A DNA stretch of 64,000 nt from Chrysomallon squamiferum (Eukaryota > Animalia > Mollusca), in contig CM022671.1 in assembly GCA_012295275.1 (NCBI GenBank), positions 8,556,001 through 8,620,000 on the forward strand, in the 5' to 3' direction. The position numbers and the translations under genes were made by a program. The notes under the pieces were generated by a model. The model was not told the origin of the DNA, made no database searches, and saw only the letters and a list, made by a program, of their open reading frames with translations. This document shows positions 41,201-55,387 of the stretch, piece by piece. Positions within the stretch are counted from its first letter, which is position 1. Each line of letters opens with the position of its first letter.

Positions 41201-43563
41201 TAATAACTATATAGTTTTAATAATACAATAATTCCATTTAATGAGTAAAAATATTTTATTTTTATATCTTTGCAGATCAATAGTTCTTTAGTGTTCCGAT
41301 GTGTCACCCAGTCTCAAATGCTGATTTCTTTCAACTGTAATAGAGAATCTTGCAAGTTTGTTGTGGGGCCTGTTTCTGGTGCTGTCGAACCTAAATATGG
41401 AGATGAAAATGTTTGTAACTTTAAATCATAAATATTTTTTTTTTAGTTTGTTAGTGTCCAAAAAAAAAGTGTATATTCTTTATTTTTTTCAAGTATCGTA
41501 TCAATATGAACTTTTATGTTATTGTTACTATTACATTATTGTAAAGAAAGAAAACTTTTCATAAAATCTGTATTAGTTTGGGTTTTGCAGTAGCAGGTTT
41601 TGTAGGTGGGTTTATAGCTTGTTGTTATTTTATTATTATTATTATTGTGGGCTTTTTTTTTTTTTTTTTTTAACTATTTTGTTGTGAATTTAGCTATGAA
41701 AGTGAATTTATTTTTAAACAGTATTATATCTTTTTACTATTTTGGAAAAACTTTTAATCAGCATTAAATATTATTTTAATTATGTTTCTATTTTATTCAT
41801 GTATTCATTTTTGTATTTCCAGGAACAACTTCTGACAGCTTTTACATTTTCTTCGTTAGCAGCTAAAGAGCTTTTGAATTTATTTAATCCAAAGAGCAAG
41901 TCCAAATCTAAACCAAAGAAAAAGGTTTGCTGAAAGCTTGTTTATCTTTATTACACTCTTTCACAAGTTTGAAACTAAAACATGATATGTTTATTGTAAC
42001 ATATTTCAGTTTAATTAACTTAGAATTGAATGTTATTTGATTCTTGAGAGTAGCACATCAACTCTACTTTTAATCAGTTAGATGAAACACACTGAAAATG
42101 TGTCCCTGCTTTCAGGGAATGAAAAGTATAGAATAAATGTAAAAATAACTGACAGATAAAAGAACACAAACTTTATCTAGTATTAAACTGTGTGCAGTTA
42201 AAATATTAAATAAATTCTGTGATCCAAAGTGTACCAAATATCTGCAATGGATTCAAAATTTATTTACTCTCACCCTATGCCAAAATTAAAATCTGCAATT
42301 TATTCCTAGTAACACATTTAACATTTAATTTGTCTTAATGTTATGAATGTTATTTTCTGTATAACATTAATTTTCTTTTTTTTACTTATTGTCAACTTCT
42401 GGCTCTGATGCTAAATTTAACTTTATTAAAGCTTGACCGATACAAAGGTCAGCTGGCTGAACTACAGAAGATGTATGAGTACCAGGAAAAAGCTTTGTAT
42501 GACACAGAAGCAGACAAAGATCTGGCACGTCTTCAGAGAAAAGCAAGGTATATTTTTTATATATATATACTGGTTTCTTTTCTTCCTTTTTTATGCTTTA
42601 TGTGGTAATGTATCTTTAATCATTGGTTTATAAATGTTTATATATAATAAACACTAAAGTGGCCAGGTTTGTTTTTAAATTTTTATTTATTTTTTTATTT
42701 TATTTATTCATTAATATTATTTTTGTTTTTATTCTTTTGATATTTTTACTATTGTTTATAGTATTTAAGATTTATTTTAAATTTAAGTGCTGATGAAGTG
42801 AAAAATAATTAAATTTACCAGTTTATCAGTCATAACATGTAGGTGTTAAGGAATTATAAGATTTATATTTTAAAATTTTAATTTAAAAATCAATAAACTC
42901 AGTAAACCAGAAATCACGGCTTTCATGCATGTTTATAAATTCCACTGATTCACTTTTCCTTTTGAGCACCAGTTAAATAATTTCTTCACTCACAGAAACT
43001 TGGTAGATGACTGGATGGAGCACTATCGAATAACAATAGGGCTGGCTTCCCCTAGTCTGAACATGATATCAGAGACCCCAAGAATGAGAGTTCGATACTC
43101 GCAATCAGCCAAATTGTCTGAAGATAAATGTAATAGACAGGAGTCTCTTGGTATTTCAAACACAGAGCAAACAAAGATTAGAGCACTTAGAGCACCTTCA
43201 GCACCTGCAGGTATTCAAGTTCATTGATTATATGTATTTCTACATGTATGTTTCAGTTATTGCACATTCCAAAAAGTGCTCACAATAAAAACTTCTTTTT
43301 TTGTTCTTTTACATGGAGAAAACGCTTTTAATTGTACTCACTTTTCACTCATCAGAGATGGATATTGGATTTCAGAATGAGGAATTGTATTGGAAATGGA
43401 TTTATGTTTAAACATGAAATTATTTTCATGACAGAGAAATTTTGTTCACTACTGTCACATTCAAACACAGTCATTATATTCACTGTTTAGATTTTATGAT
43501 ATATTTGCTGCTATGGTTTTATTATTATTATTATTATTACAATAATTATTATGCTATTATTAA

Positions 43564-43623
<60 letters not shown>

Positions 43624-44115
43624 TATTAATGCACAGATCCACAAAAATGTGGTAAAAAGACTTGTCCCATGGAAAAGGAAACGGCCATTCATCGCAGTTT
43701 GACTTCCTCAGTGAAGTTTGACAGTTCTGTCCTGTCACAAGGGGATGGACAGCATCATTCCCCTTCCTCTTCAGCTGGAGCCATCATGAACAGATTAGTG
43801 GAGTAAGTCTGTGTTTTCTGTTTCTTTGAGTCTGTGATTGTCTTTTGTGTACAAGTTATGTGTGATTGCATCTATGTGAATATGTATGCATGTATGTGTG
43901 TTTATGTGTTAATATATGCATGTTTCTATCTATGTGTGTGTGTGTGTGTTGTGTGTGTAAGTAAGTCTGTGTTTATATCTGTGTATATTTCTTGTGTGTC
44001 TATAATAATGTGTATAAGTGAACAACAGAAGAAGTTTAATAGAATGATTACAATTTGAGATAAAAAAGAATATTCAGTACATCATCTTTTTACTTCTTTT
44101 TTATTGCTGTGGTTG

Positions 44116-44176
<61 letters not shown>

Positions 44177-46181
44177 AAGTTAATAGAAATAGCACTATTA
44201 CTACAGTTACTATTATAATTACCACAGTGCCTGCACCAAATCCAATTCTGCTAGAAGTCGTAGTAAAAGTCCTCGACAGCCTACATTTGTTTCACAATCT
44301 GACAACATTCTGACCAACATCGGCGCGTGTCCCAGCGCACTCAGACAACTACTGCTGGGTTATGAGAGGCCGCAGTGTCACTGCAGTCGTCATTCTGTGA
44401 CTTACATTACTGATGTTGAGTTTGATGACTTCATACAGAAACACGCCCTGGAAGGACAGCTGCAGATTGTCGCAGTTGTGTCATCTCTGTAAGTTTTTGA
44501 AATAACAGTGGATTTGTGCATGTTTGTGTGTGTGTGTCTGTATGTGCATGAGTATGATTGTGTGTATATGTGTTTTATGTTTGTAGGTGTCTGTATAGAT
44601 AAATAATAATAAATAAATAAAATTGTGATTTAAAATAAATAATTAATATTTGTAAAGAAAAAAAGTTAGTTTCATTACTGGGAAATTTTATTTAGTACTG
44701 CCTTATCTAGAATTCATGCATATTCATTATATTCACTGTTTCATTTTATGTTTTATCTCTCTATTTTGTATTATTATTATTATTATTATAATAATTATTT
44801 TTAAGTTCATTGATATATCTGGAATAAATTGAACATAATAATAAATTTTTATAGCAAGAGGAAATATTACTTATTTATATTCAGTAGTTTAAGAAGGTTT
44901 TTAAATAATTAGAAATGAAAATAAGCTTGTCTTTCATGACAGAATGTTTATTTTATTATTCCCGAGGCTTATTCTACTTGATTGATTTTTAAAAATGACT
45001 AATTTTGTTCTAGATTTCCTAAGGTACTCAGTGCAGAAGACATGCTGGATGAGCTGTATGTAAACATGAATCGAAATCGCACTCGACCCTGCCTGCAGTG
45101 TCGTACAGACCTCTACAGGATTTTCAAATACGACATCAACAGTGCTGCAGAGGACACCAACCACACACAACCACTACTGCTGACCAGACACAACGTGGTG
45201 CCTGGCATGTTTCTGGTGAATTGGCTTATGCTTTAATAATATGTCTGTCGGTATCTTTAGATAAATATTAATCTAAATATAATGATAGCATAAATATAAA
45301 GTGTTGTTAAAAGACGTGTATAATTAAACTGGTTTTTTAGTTAAAGGATTTTGATGTTGAATTTCAGTATTCATTATTACAGAAAGATTATTGTTTTGTT
45401 AAGTATTTAAATATAAAGTCTTGAAATATTTTGATGAACACTACTATTTACTTCATTTTAAACCAGTTTGAAATATTTTAAATCAGTTTTTGGCAGTGAA
45501 AAAACAGCAAGTTACAGAATGCCATAATATTTCTGTTTTTTGTTTTTGTTTTTTTATAGATTTATTGTGATGGTCGTCTGTTATTCTGCGATCACATATT
45601 TAATGGATATGGTAATACAAAGACAGATTTCAAAAAACAAATCATGAACTCAAGGAAAGCATTTGCTCAAGGATTTTGCCTCCCCAAAGATTTCAAATTC
45701 AGGTACTTGTGTGATTATATATTAAACATAATTAAATACCTTATATGAATTTGACTTCATAAATATAATTTTCTACAAATATGAATGAATTTTGCTTAGC
45801 ATATCTGAATATTTATGAAATATAAAAATTGATATTTTATGTGAATTTGAAGTCATAAATATATACTTCTACAGATATGAATGAATTGTATTTGAAATAT
45901 CTGAATGTATTTTAATATTTAAGATTGTCTAATGTCAGGTTTTCATATAATAAACATATGAAAAAGAAAACCCAATGTCACTTTGAGCAATTCTTTGAAC
46001 ATTTTTATAGCCATTTTCTTTTATGTTGTTCATACACAGACAAAATTTTATATATTAAAAAAATAAAATACCTTGGGTTTTATGCATTTTGGCTTTGAAA
46101 TATTGAGCCTTGATTTAGAAATACAAAAAGGAATCAAGTAATATAATTACAAATAATAGGTTTATTTATAAAAATATAGTA

Positions 46182-46229
<48 letters not shown>

Positions 46230-47341
46230 GTTTTAAAGAATAAATCAAATCTTGAGGAGATAGTATCATACAAAATAATAAAATTTAAAACATAATACTA
46301 ATAATAACAGTGTTGTATGGCAAATCAAAGATTGACCACATAGTCCTTATTAGATTGACATAATAAAATTAAACATGAAAAGTTATAATAGAAATAACAG
46401 ATTTTTGAATTTTTAGCAAATAGTATTTTTTCTGATGTTTATGATAAAAGCATTTTCTGTTTGAATTCAGGCATGTTTAAAAATATATATCACTGAATAA
46501 TAATTGCAAAATAGTAAATATTAAATAAAGAATTAGTCTTCATTAAAAAATACATGTTTAAATATTTAAACCAGTCATTTTCACAAAAATGTCACCAATC
46601 AAAACTTTGAAACTTGAGTCTAGTTTTTAAAATATTAAACCATTGGAAATGTTTTTTCTTAATATCAAAAAATGTTTAAAATAATAATAATAGTAATAAA
46701 AAAAAAAATAAAAAAAATAAAAAATAATACATAATTAAATTGAAAAAAAAAAATCAAACAAAATAAAAATAAAAATAAAAATAAAAATAAAAATAAAAAT
46801 AAAAATAAAAATAAAAATAAAAATAAAAATAAAAATAAAAATAAATATAAATATAAATATAAATATAAAATAGAATAAAGTAAAGAAATCAGAAGGGGAA
46901 ATTGAAGTTTTTAGTGTAATGTTTATTCAAACTGTATTTGTATTTCAGCTTAGACAAGATCTTTGAACATCAGTAAGAAGTATTAGTATTAGTGTTTTAA
47001 CTAGTATGATTTAAAATTGTGTAAAAGAAATCTGTAACCCAGTGTAGATTTTGTAGTGTATGTTGTAATAACCAGTCAAACTAATCTTGTAATACATTTC
47101 TTTCCAACAAATAACTTTAAAAAATGTACAAATTTTAATTTAAAAAAAAATTAATAATTAATAAATAATTATAATAATAATAAAATTTAAAAAAAAATTA
47201 TAGTTTTAGGAATTAGCAAGAACAGGATGTTATCCAAAGGATTATTTAACAAATATTTATATGTAAATATTCTTAATTTTCAGTCATACATTTCATAGTT
47301 CTCTCACTCTCTTACTATATTTAAATACTTTTAATACAATC

Positions 47342-47372
<31 letters not shown>

Positions 47373-50300
47373 AATTACAAAAAGAAAAAATTACCGTATT
47401 AATTTCATTATCATCATCATCAATTATTAAATTTGTTTGGGGAACGTTTTGGTTTTGGTTTTTTAACATAAAAGTTAAGTTTAAGATCCAGTTTTGTATA
47501 AATTTTAAATTACAAACTCACTTTTATTTGTCAAGTATGTTATCTCTTTAAGTATATCAGTATGAATTTTCAGCTTTTGTAATTATTATTATTCATCAAT
47601 ATTAGACTCCCGTTTTCTTTCTATTTCATATGTATATCTACTATAATTACATTCAGAGACTATTAGCAGACCCAATTTAGGAATCTCAATTACATTACAG
47701 TTAAATCATGTACATAACAATCATGATTATGATTCAAATTAATGATGAACATTATTACTTTTCAGTCCTGGTCAAGGTTGTCATGGACCTAGGTCAGCGT
47801 GGGGTGGAGAAATAGGAGGAGCTGGTGTTGACCATCATGGCAGTCCTGGAACCTACTTGAAGACACGAGTGCCATCAGACTGTCAGAGCAGTAAGGGATC
47901 GGCTGTGACAACAATGGAGCAAGTCAAGTAAGGATGTAGTGTGCTTTTGTAAATCCACTCTAACAGTCCACAAGCATTTCTTTATTATAATTTTTATGAA
48001 GAATATAAATCTCTGATAGAAATTTTTTAACATTTTTTATTTTATTTTTTATTAAAGAAGAAAAATATGTAGTAATAAAAAATATAAATATGTCAAAGAA
48101 CAAGACATTTTACCATCTCAAATAACTGCAGGTTAATTTATATTTTGGAAACAACTGATTCACAATTTTATCTTCTTTATAAAGATACATTTTATCAATA
48201 GGTTTTTTTTTTTTCATTAACAAATGTTAAGTAATTTTGGGGGAATGAAAAGAATATATGTTCAAAATCAAATAATGATTTAATACTTAATGTTACTGTA
48301 ATTTTGTTAAATTATTGAAATAGACAGATTTGCTTTGAATTGTTTTGCTTGTTTTTTGAGGGATTTTTTTTTTTTTAAAGTGTTTTTATTATTACTTATA
48401 AATTCTTTGATGCTAAAATTCTGAGCAGTTATTATTACTCTGCTTCATGATAGCTTGTGTTAAAAGGTTAAATATACAAACATATTATATTCTTATATCT
48501 GCCCTTTCATAGATAATACATTTCTGAAAATATGGCATTCAAAATAATCATATTAAAAATAAGACTTAGAAGTATAAAGGATTATAGGTTGTTTTCTTTC
48601 TCTTGTTTTTTTTAAATTTTTCTAAATAGGTAAATCACTACTTTCCTATACAGAATGTTATAAGAAAAAACAGAAATATTTTTATATATAATAGAAAAAC
48701 TGACAAACATTCACAAATAAAATTTTAAAACTGTACTACAACAACCATAGAAATAAACATCATAAATAATAATAAATATCACAAAATTAAAATTTATTTA
48801 TACAAAATATATTCTTCAGAATGTTTATAAATATTTGAAACTATCCTGTGTTAAACAGATATATTTTAGTAGAATGCAGCAGTAATATATATATATATAT
48901 ATTTTTTTTTTGTATCATGTAAATTAAAAACATTTATTGATCTGTTATCATCTCCACATTATCTACATATACTAAATAATAAGGTATATTATATTAACAG
49001 AAATTATCAATAAAACATTTTGTCATCATTATGATCATCTGCTGTGCAAAACAACAGATCTGTTGTCAGCTTAGAAAATAATATGCAGTGAGTTGTGCAA
49101 AATAACAGCTATAATGGGTTTTGCAAAAAAGATAAAGCTGTAATGAATTGTGCAAAATTAAAGGAGTAATGAATTGTGCAAAATAACAGCTTTATGAGTT
49201 GTGAAAAAAGTAGAGCTGTAGTTTTCTTTGCAGAATAATAGAGCTGCTACAAGTTATGCAAACTGAAGGGTTGTAATCAGTTTATTTCAAAATAGAGCTG
49301 AATATTAGTTGTAGAAAATTATAGAGCTGTGCAAAATAATAGAGCTGCAATGAGTTGTGCAAGATAAAAAGGTTCTAATCAGATATGCAAAATTGCAGAG
49401 CTGTAATCAGTTGTGTAAAATTATAGATTATCAACAGTAAAAAATTTTGATAACCATTATCAACTGTGCAAAATAATTTGTATTTACAATCTGTAGGGCT
49501 ATCTATCGCAGGCTTGGCTCCATGATTGATATGGTTCCTTTGAGGTAAACATACTAATGCTTGTAAATATGGATGTTTAACAAAATGCATGTTGCTGTGA
49601 AGTGTGTATGCACAAATAAAATATGACAAAAACACAAAAACTTTGCAATACTCTGTTTTGAAAGACTAAGAGGCCTTATGTTTTGTTTTTAATTATTTCA
49701 TTTATAGTGTATATAAATTTATTTATTTATTTATTCATTTATTCATTTATTTATATTTGTACCTCTTAGAAGTATAAGATGGAATTTATTATTAGTGCAG
49801 TGCAACTATAACATTAAGGTTTAAATTTAGAAAATATTCATATATTGAAACCAAAACTGAATCTGAATTACTATATAATCTTACTCCCAATATTTCTTTT
49901 ATTATCGTGTATATTTGTTTTTGTGCATTTGGAAAATTTGATAGCTATTGCCAGCTTATGTCTCAGTTGATAATTTTTATTTGTTTTTAATTTTCATTAT
50001 ATATGTTTAAAAAGCTGTCATTTACAAATTTAGATAAATCCATATTGTGGTTAAATTAAATTATGTATTTTTGTGTTGATTCAACATCACTGGTATAGGT
50101 TTTCAGATTGTCATTAAAAATATTGTTATTGAATCCTTTGGATTTTGGTCTGATTCAATTGATATTTTGAGAGAAAGAATTTTATTTTATTTTTATTTCT
50201 TTAATATTACACACAAGTTATTTGTTATTGTGCACACCAGTTTGAGTTATGATACTAAACATCTGTTTAAAAAAATGTTCACTCTCCATGTTGAACATAA

Positions 50301-52279
50301 TTTTATTTGGTTCATTACTGATTCAAGCACACAGTTAATTATTCACATTTCAACACCTTATTTTTTTTACTTTCAGAATGGTACAACTTGGTTTCAAATA
50401 CAATAAAGTTAAATTTAGTGTAGATATATTTGTTAAGTATTATAAAAATAGAAAAATGGATTTTTGCACTAATTTGATTCTGGATTTTGTGATTTTCTAT
50501 ACCATAATTATTGTTATTCTGTTACATTGGACTTTTTATTAGTATTAAAAAGGCCAGCAAGGCAAATAATAAAAGGATTTACACCTGCTATTTTGACATA
50601 AGAAAATTTTGTCCTGTACTGATAATTAATAAATATTATTTATATTTTAAGTGTAAGTAAAAAACTGAAATTAGTATTGTTAGGGAAATAAAAAATGATT
50701 TTTTGTAACAATGGTAATTTTTTAATTATATTTGTTCAGAACTGAAGGTAGTTGGAACTGCATGAAGTTTCTGCATGCTTCTTTTCACAAGTTTGCTGTG
50801 TTTTAATGATGTTTGCTTTAAAAAATTCAGTTAAAATAGTGAAAGATAAAATAAACTGAAATTAGATTAATATATTTTGATTAATTTGTCCAACAGTAAA
50901 GAGAATAGTTTCCTAATGGTAAAATAATGTTTAAGTTACAATGTTAACTATGAAAGAAAAAAAAATTTTAAAAAAAAAAAAAAATTGTTTTGTTTAAATT
51001 TGTAAAAAAAATAATAGATATAATTTAAATGTTTGAATAGAAAGTTTGTACATGTTTCCTATAATTCATTTTGAATATTTATCAACCAATTTTTTAGTGT
51101 AAATTTAAATGGTTTTATTCATATATAAATAAAATTAAAAGCCACATGACATCATTAAGTTTGAAACAAATCTATGAATATACTGTCAATTCAAACATTA
51201 CATAATACATAAACTGTTAAATATGTTTCCATGGAATTTACAGAACATCGCAGAGATCTGTAGCACAGTATAGATTTCAGGTAATGAAATATTCATATCA
51301 TTTAAATTGTTTTTACATAATAACAGCACTGTAAATATATTAGGATCTTGGATAAGAGATGGCAACAACTTCAAGCTGTTGATGGTAATGGTTTACAAGA
51401 CTGTTGTTTCACCAGTGATTAGTTAAGAATGATTTTTAATTAACAAAACATCATCATTTCATGTACCTTTAACTACATCAGTTAGTTGCTTGTTCTTGAT
51501 CCTATTGACTTGTGTATGGAAGGTTCCATCTACATCAGATCCTTTGCTTAACTGAAGTATTAAGTACTGAAGAACATGAAACAACCTCCAGTGGGTCTAC
51601 ATATTTTTAAATCTGATATTGAAATCGCTCTTTTTTTTAAAGTTTTGTTAATTAACATTTGTGGAAATGTGATCATGCTGTTTTTTAAGTAAATGAGAGG
51701 CCAACAGGTTTTTCTAAATGTTAAGTTTTGCCGTGTGTTACAGTATTTTTTTATTAATGTATATAAAATTGTGAACCACAACTGGTTGTTATGTAGTCTT
51801 TCCTCAACAAAACTGTCTGCTTTTAGCAAATGTGAATCATATTTTTTAATACAATTCTGTTACAAATGTGATTGCTTTAATTTGTCATTCTTTTTTGTTA
51901 GCTAAATGATTTAGTTTACAATAAAAGTATTCAACTTTGAGCAACTTAAACCATTCACTATTGAATATAGCATTTTATTTTATTTTTACCTGTTGTGTTA
52001 ATAACTTTTCTAAAACTGACTGTATTTATCTCCAGGGCATTAGACAACGTCAGAAGCTTGCTTAATATGAAACTTTCTTCTGGCTCTCAACTAACTGAAA
52101 ACATGAATCAACGGCGCTACAGCATGCCTGAAGCCATTGTTACCGACCAGTCACATTCCTCCTCGAATCGGCAACTTCATCGTCAGTACACCAATGTCCC
52201 AGGGAGAAGAATACAACATCATCCACAGAATTTCAGAAAACAAATGAAGATACAAAATACAGTTCAGTCAGTCCTCTAA
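28738..52279 (+). CDS. C3orf20-like / FAM194-domain protein; exons 28738-29470, (30647-30694), 36296-36385, 37209-37286, 37779-37872, 38439-38675, 39489-39647, 40198-40309, 41276-41410, 41823-41924, 42432-42547, 42996-43210, 43637-43802, 44228-44488, 45014-45215, 45560-45702, 47766-47927, 52036-52279
   Basis: FAM194-type DGTSVVYYPSGRVAI, LGCFTPSGKGCIYHSNGNIRF and RWKW. C3orf20-like C-terminal motifs VDDWMEHYR, CPSALR, RPCLQCR, HNVVPGMFLIYCDGRLLF and FNGYG...GFCLPKDFKFS. Junction phases are compatible; terminal and cassette exons are less certain. Confidence 0.82.
33055..33122 (+). mobile_element. SINE-like fragment
   Basis: GGCCCATT...GTTCCAGTCAGTGAACCACGACTGGTATATCA resembles the central domain of gastropod tRNA-derived SINEs as recalled. 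More decayed pieces may lie near 26560-26685 (-) and 58715-58815 (+). Confidence 0.5.
38676..39488 (+). other. U12-type GT-AG intron in the C3orf20-like gene
   Basis: Donor TA|GTATCCTTTT; branch site TTCTTTAAC at 39470-39478, followed by AAAATGTCAG with no polypyrimidine tract. Splicing restores VVYYPSG. Confidence 0.92.
46762..46870. repeat. (AAAAAT)n grading into (AAATAT)n microsatellite
   Basis: Directly visible. Confidence 0.9.
49040..49480. repeat. Degenerate ~28-31 bp minisatellite (GTGCAAAATAATAGAGCTGTAATGAGTT), intronic
   Basis: Roughly ten or more diverged copies, e.g. near 49094, 49150, 49176, 49329 and 49357. Confidence 0.8.
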
Positions 52280-55200
52280 ATTGAATCTTGACTGAAACAA
52301 AAAAAAAATAGTACATAGAGTTTTTTTATTTAAGAATCAGCACTTTTGGTGCCATGAACAAAGTTCTTACCAGTGTTTTGGAAGAAAAACCCAACATTTT
52401 TGTTCCCTTGGTATATATCACAAGGTACCACAATACTATAAAAAATCAGCACACTTGATGTCTTAATGGAGAAGAACAAAGTGCAAATAATTTTTAAAAT
52501 CCAGTTTACATGGTGTCTGTTAGCAAATGGAATTGAGGAGCACCAATATATTTTTGAAATCAGCACACTTAGTGCCCTGACTATGTGCCAGGAAATTTTA
52601 AAATCCATCAAACATGGTTTTTGTTTCAAGTAAAAACGTGCCAAGAAATTTTTAAAACCAGTACATTTGTAGCCTAATCAGGCAAAACAGTTTCACTATC
52701 TTTTAAGGTTAATTTTTATCAAGTATTTATTTTTTATTCAAGTAGAAGATTCTTATTCTGAAAATAGTTGATCTCATTTTTAATAAAATCTGCATAAAGG
52801 AATTTTAATTACATAACAAACAAAAAATAATGTTCATTCATTTTTTTTAATTTCCTCGTTATTCTTTTATCTAGATTTCTTTCTTATCCAATATCAAAAA
52901 TAGTTTTATGATTATTTTTGTTACAATTAAACAATATCATGTCCCTCCTATTAATACTTACTTAAATTCAAATATGTTTAAATATTAAGAACACAGATGC
53001 CTGAAGCTTTTTGTTTCTTCGGAAATGAGATCCCTGGTGCTTGTCTATTTTAATTTTGCCTTTTTCTTGTGAAATCCTTGTGCCTTGTATTATTAATTTT
53101 TATTTGAAAAAAGTAGTGCCTTTTTTATTTTTCAATATTTCAAAATAATAATGACATTTTGATTCACCCTACATCCAGGTAGAATTTCCTGTTACCAGAC
53201 TTTTATTCTGAAAGGACCAAAATATTATTATTAGTGTTTTATTTTGTTAACAGTTTCCCCCAATTGTTGAATTTTAAATATTTTATCATTTTATCACAGA
53301 ACCTAGTATATATACAAAACTACTATTTACATGTTAAATTGCATGTTTAGTTTTTGAAACAATTGACCTTAATACTTGTATTTGTATCGTTTACATTCAA
53401 CCAGTCTTTACTAGTAATAAACTTTGACTGCAGGATATAACAATTAAATAGCAGTCATCAAAAAATTATTAAAACATTTACTTTTGGAAATAAAAAACCT
53501 ACCTGACCTCAGTCAGTTATGCTTTGTATTTTGTATAAGTAAATGTTTTAATAAATATTGCCTGTCATTCTTTATTATTACCAAAGACTGGCTATCAAGT
53601 TTAAAACAATGTTAATGAAATATAAGAAAAAAAATTGTACACTATAAAAACATTTATATAAAGAAATTGCTCGTATTTTCTTTTTTACAAAATCATACCA
53701 TTCTCTGTAAATTTTCTTCATTCATTTACAAATCAAGAGTCATTGTTTTATTATTTATTAAAAATATCAGTCTGTTTTGTTGAAGAATTCATGGATTCGA
53801 TTGGACATTTATTTTAATAAAAGAAATGTATTCATTGTTTGTGTTAAAGCTAAATATTAATAGTTTACTTCAGTAAAGCTCTGATATCATGAAGTTATTC
53901 AATATCTTAGTAAATTATTTTGTTTGTTTTCAAAAGCTCAATGTAATCATCTAAGTAAAAAAATATTATTATGAATTCTTTTTATATAATTTTCAAAATT
54001 AATATATATTTATTCTGCATGTAATTTATCATTAAATGTAATTCAGATTTCAGTTTCTGTGTAAAATAATTTATTTTTCTTGTGAAACTGCTAACTGACC
54101 TTTGTTCTGGAATACTTGTAAGTATGTAAACCATCAGTTACAAATAACATATATTTTAATACATTTTTCCGAGGTTATTCATTTAATAAAACCAAAAGAT
54201 TTGTACCTTTCAGTAAGATTGAGATTTAGATATGTTGAGCTCTAAGCTGTGGAATATTTTAGAGGCCCTAAACTATAGAAAATTTTAGTACTCTATTTAG
54301 ATACCCTGTTCTAGGTCTTAAGCAGCAGCTTTTTTCACTTGTTGTTAAATGTGGCCTGTTTTCAATATTGCTTTAACAAAATAAGTAAAAACCAAAATGT
54401 TTCTTACAAGGGAAATATCAGTTTAAAAGAAGTTACTAAATTTACGGGGTTATTTCTATTTTTTTTTTTTTTAATACTTTATTAAACTTCAGACAAACTG
54501 TACTTATTTGATCAATCATCAAAATTTTATTTACCCAGAAAGAATTACTCGAATTGGTCATTCAAAAATTGTGTTAAAAACAATGATAATCATTCATTTA
54601 CAGTCTTCTTGCCAAAAATTCTTTTTTTTTAAATAATAATTTAAAAAGTCTATAAATTAGAAGATAAATATTTTTATGCTCGAGATAAATATGTGTATTT
54701 GCCTTTGTTTATGATATTAAATATGTCCATAAATTGCTGAGTTTGTGTTTCTTTCTTGCCATTTAAAAAATTTCTCATTTGAACAGCCTTCAAAAGCAGT
54801 TTTTGAAGGACTCTACAGAAATTATTAGCTTACCTTCTGTACGATGAATAAATAATCTAAATGTATTATGGTCATTTTGCTTTGCAATACTAGACTTTGC
54901 TAATAATTAAATATAACAAAACTGCGGCATCATTGCATAATTTCTGTAAAAAAATAAAAATTAAAAATTCTTCAAGAATCTACATTTTACATGTGTGTGC
55001 ATAAAATATATGCAGACTGTTCATACCAGATACACTTCGACTGTAAACCTAATTAATGTTCAATAAAACTGAAAATGAATTTGAATAAAACAACTGCTTT
55101 CTTATCAGGACTTTTGGATTTGACAAATGCTGAATAATTATAACTTTAGAATACTTCTGTCCACTTGTATATATTTGAATCTGTTATATATTCAAAATAT

Positions 55201-55387
55201 ACAAATGGTCATCACGTAATCTTATTAAAAAAACGAATAGTTATGTTAATAATGACAGTGAGACAGTAAAGAAGTCCCTAAACCATCAGCTTAATCAAAA
55301 ACAAATAACAAAATTCATTTTAAAAAAATAATAATTTATATCCAAAATATATAACTGTTAAAAAATGTCTGAATGTTTTATTACTGA

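Noticed and set aside
49040-49480. CRISPR-like periodic array
   Set aside because: Degenerate head-to-tail minisatellite without unique spacers, in a eukaryotic intron with no cas genes.
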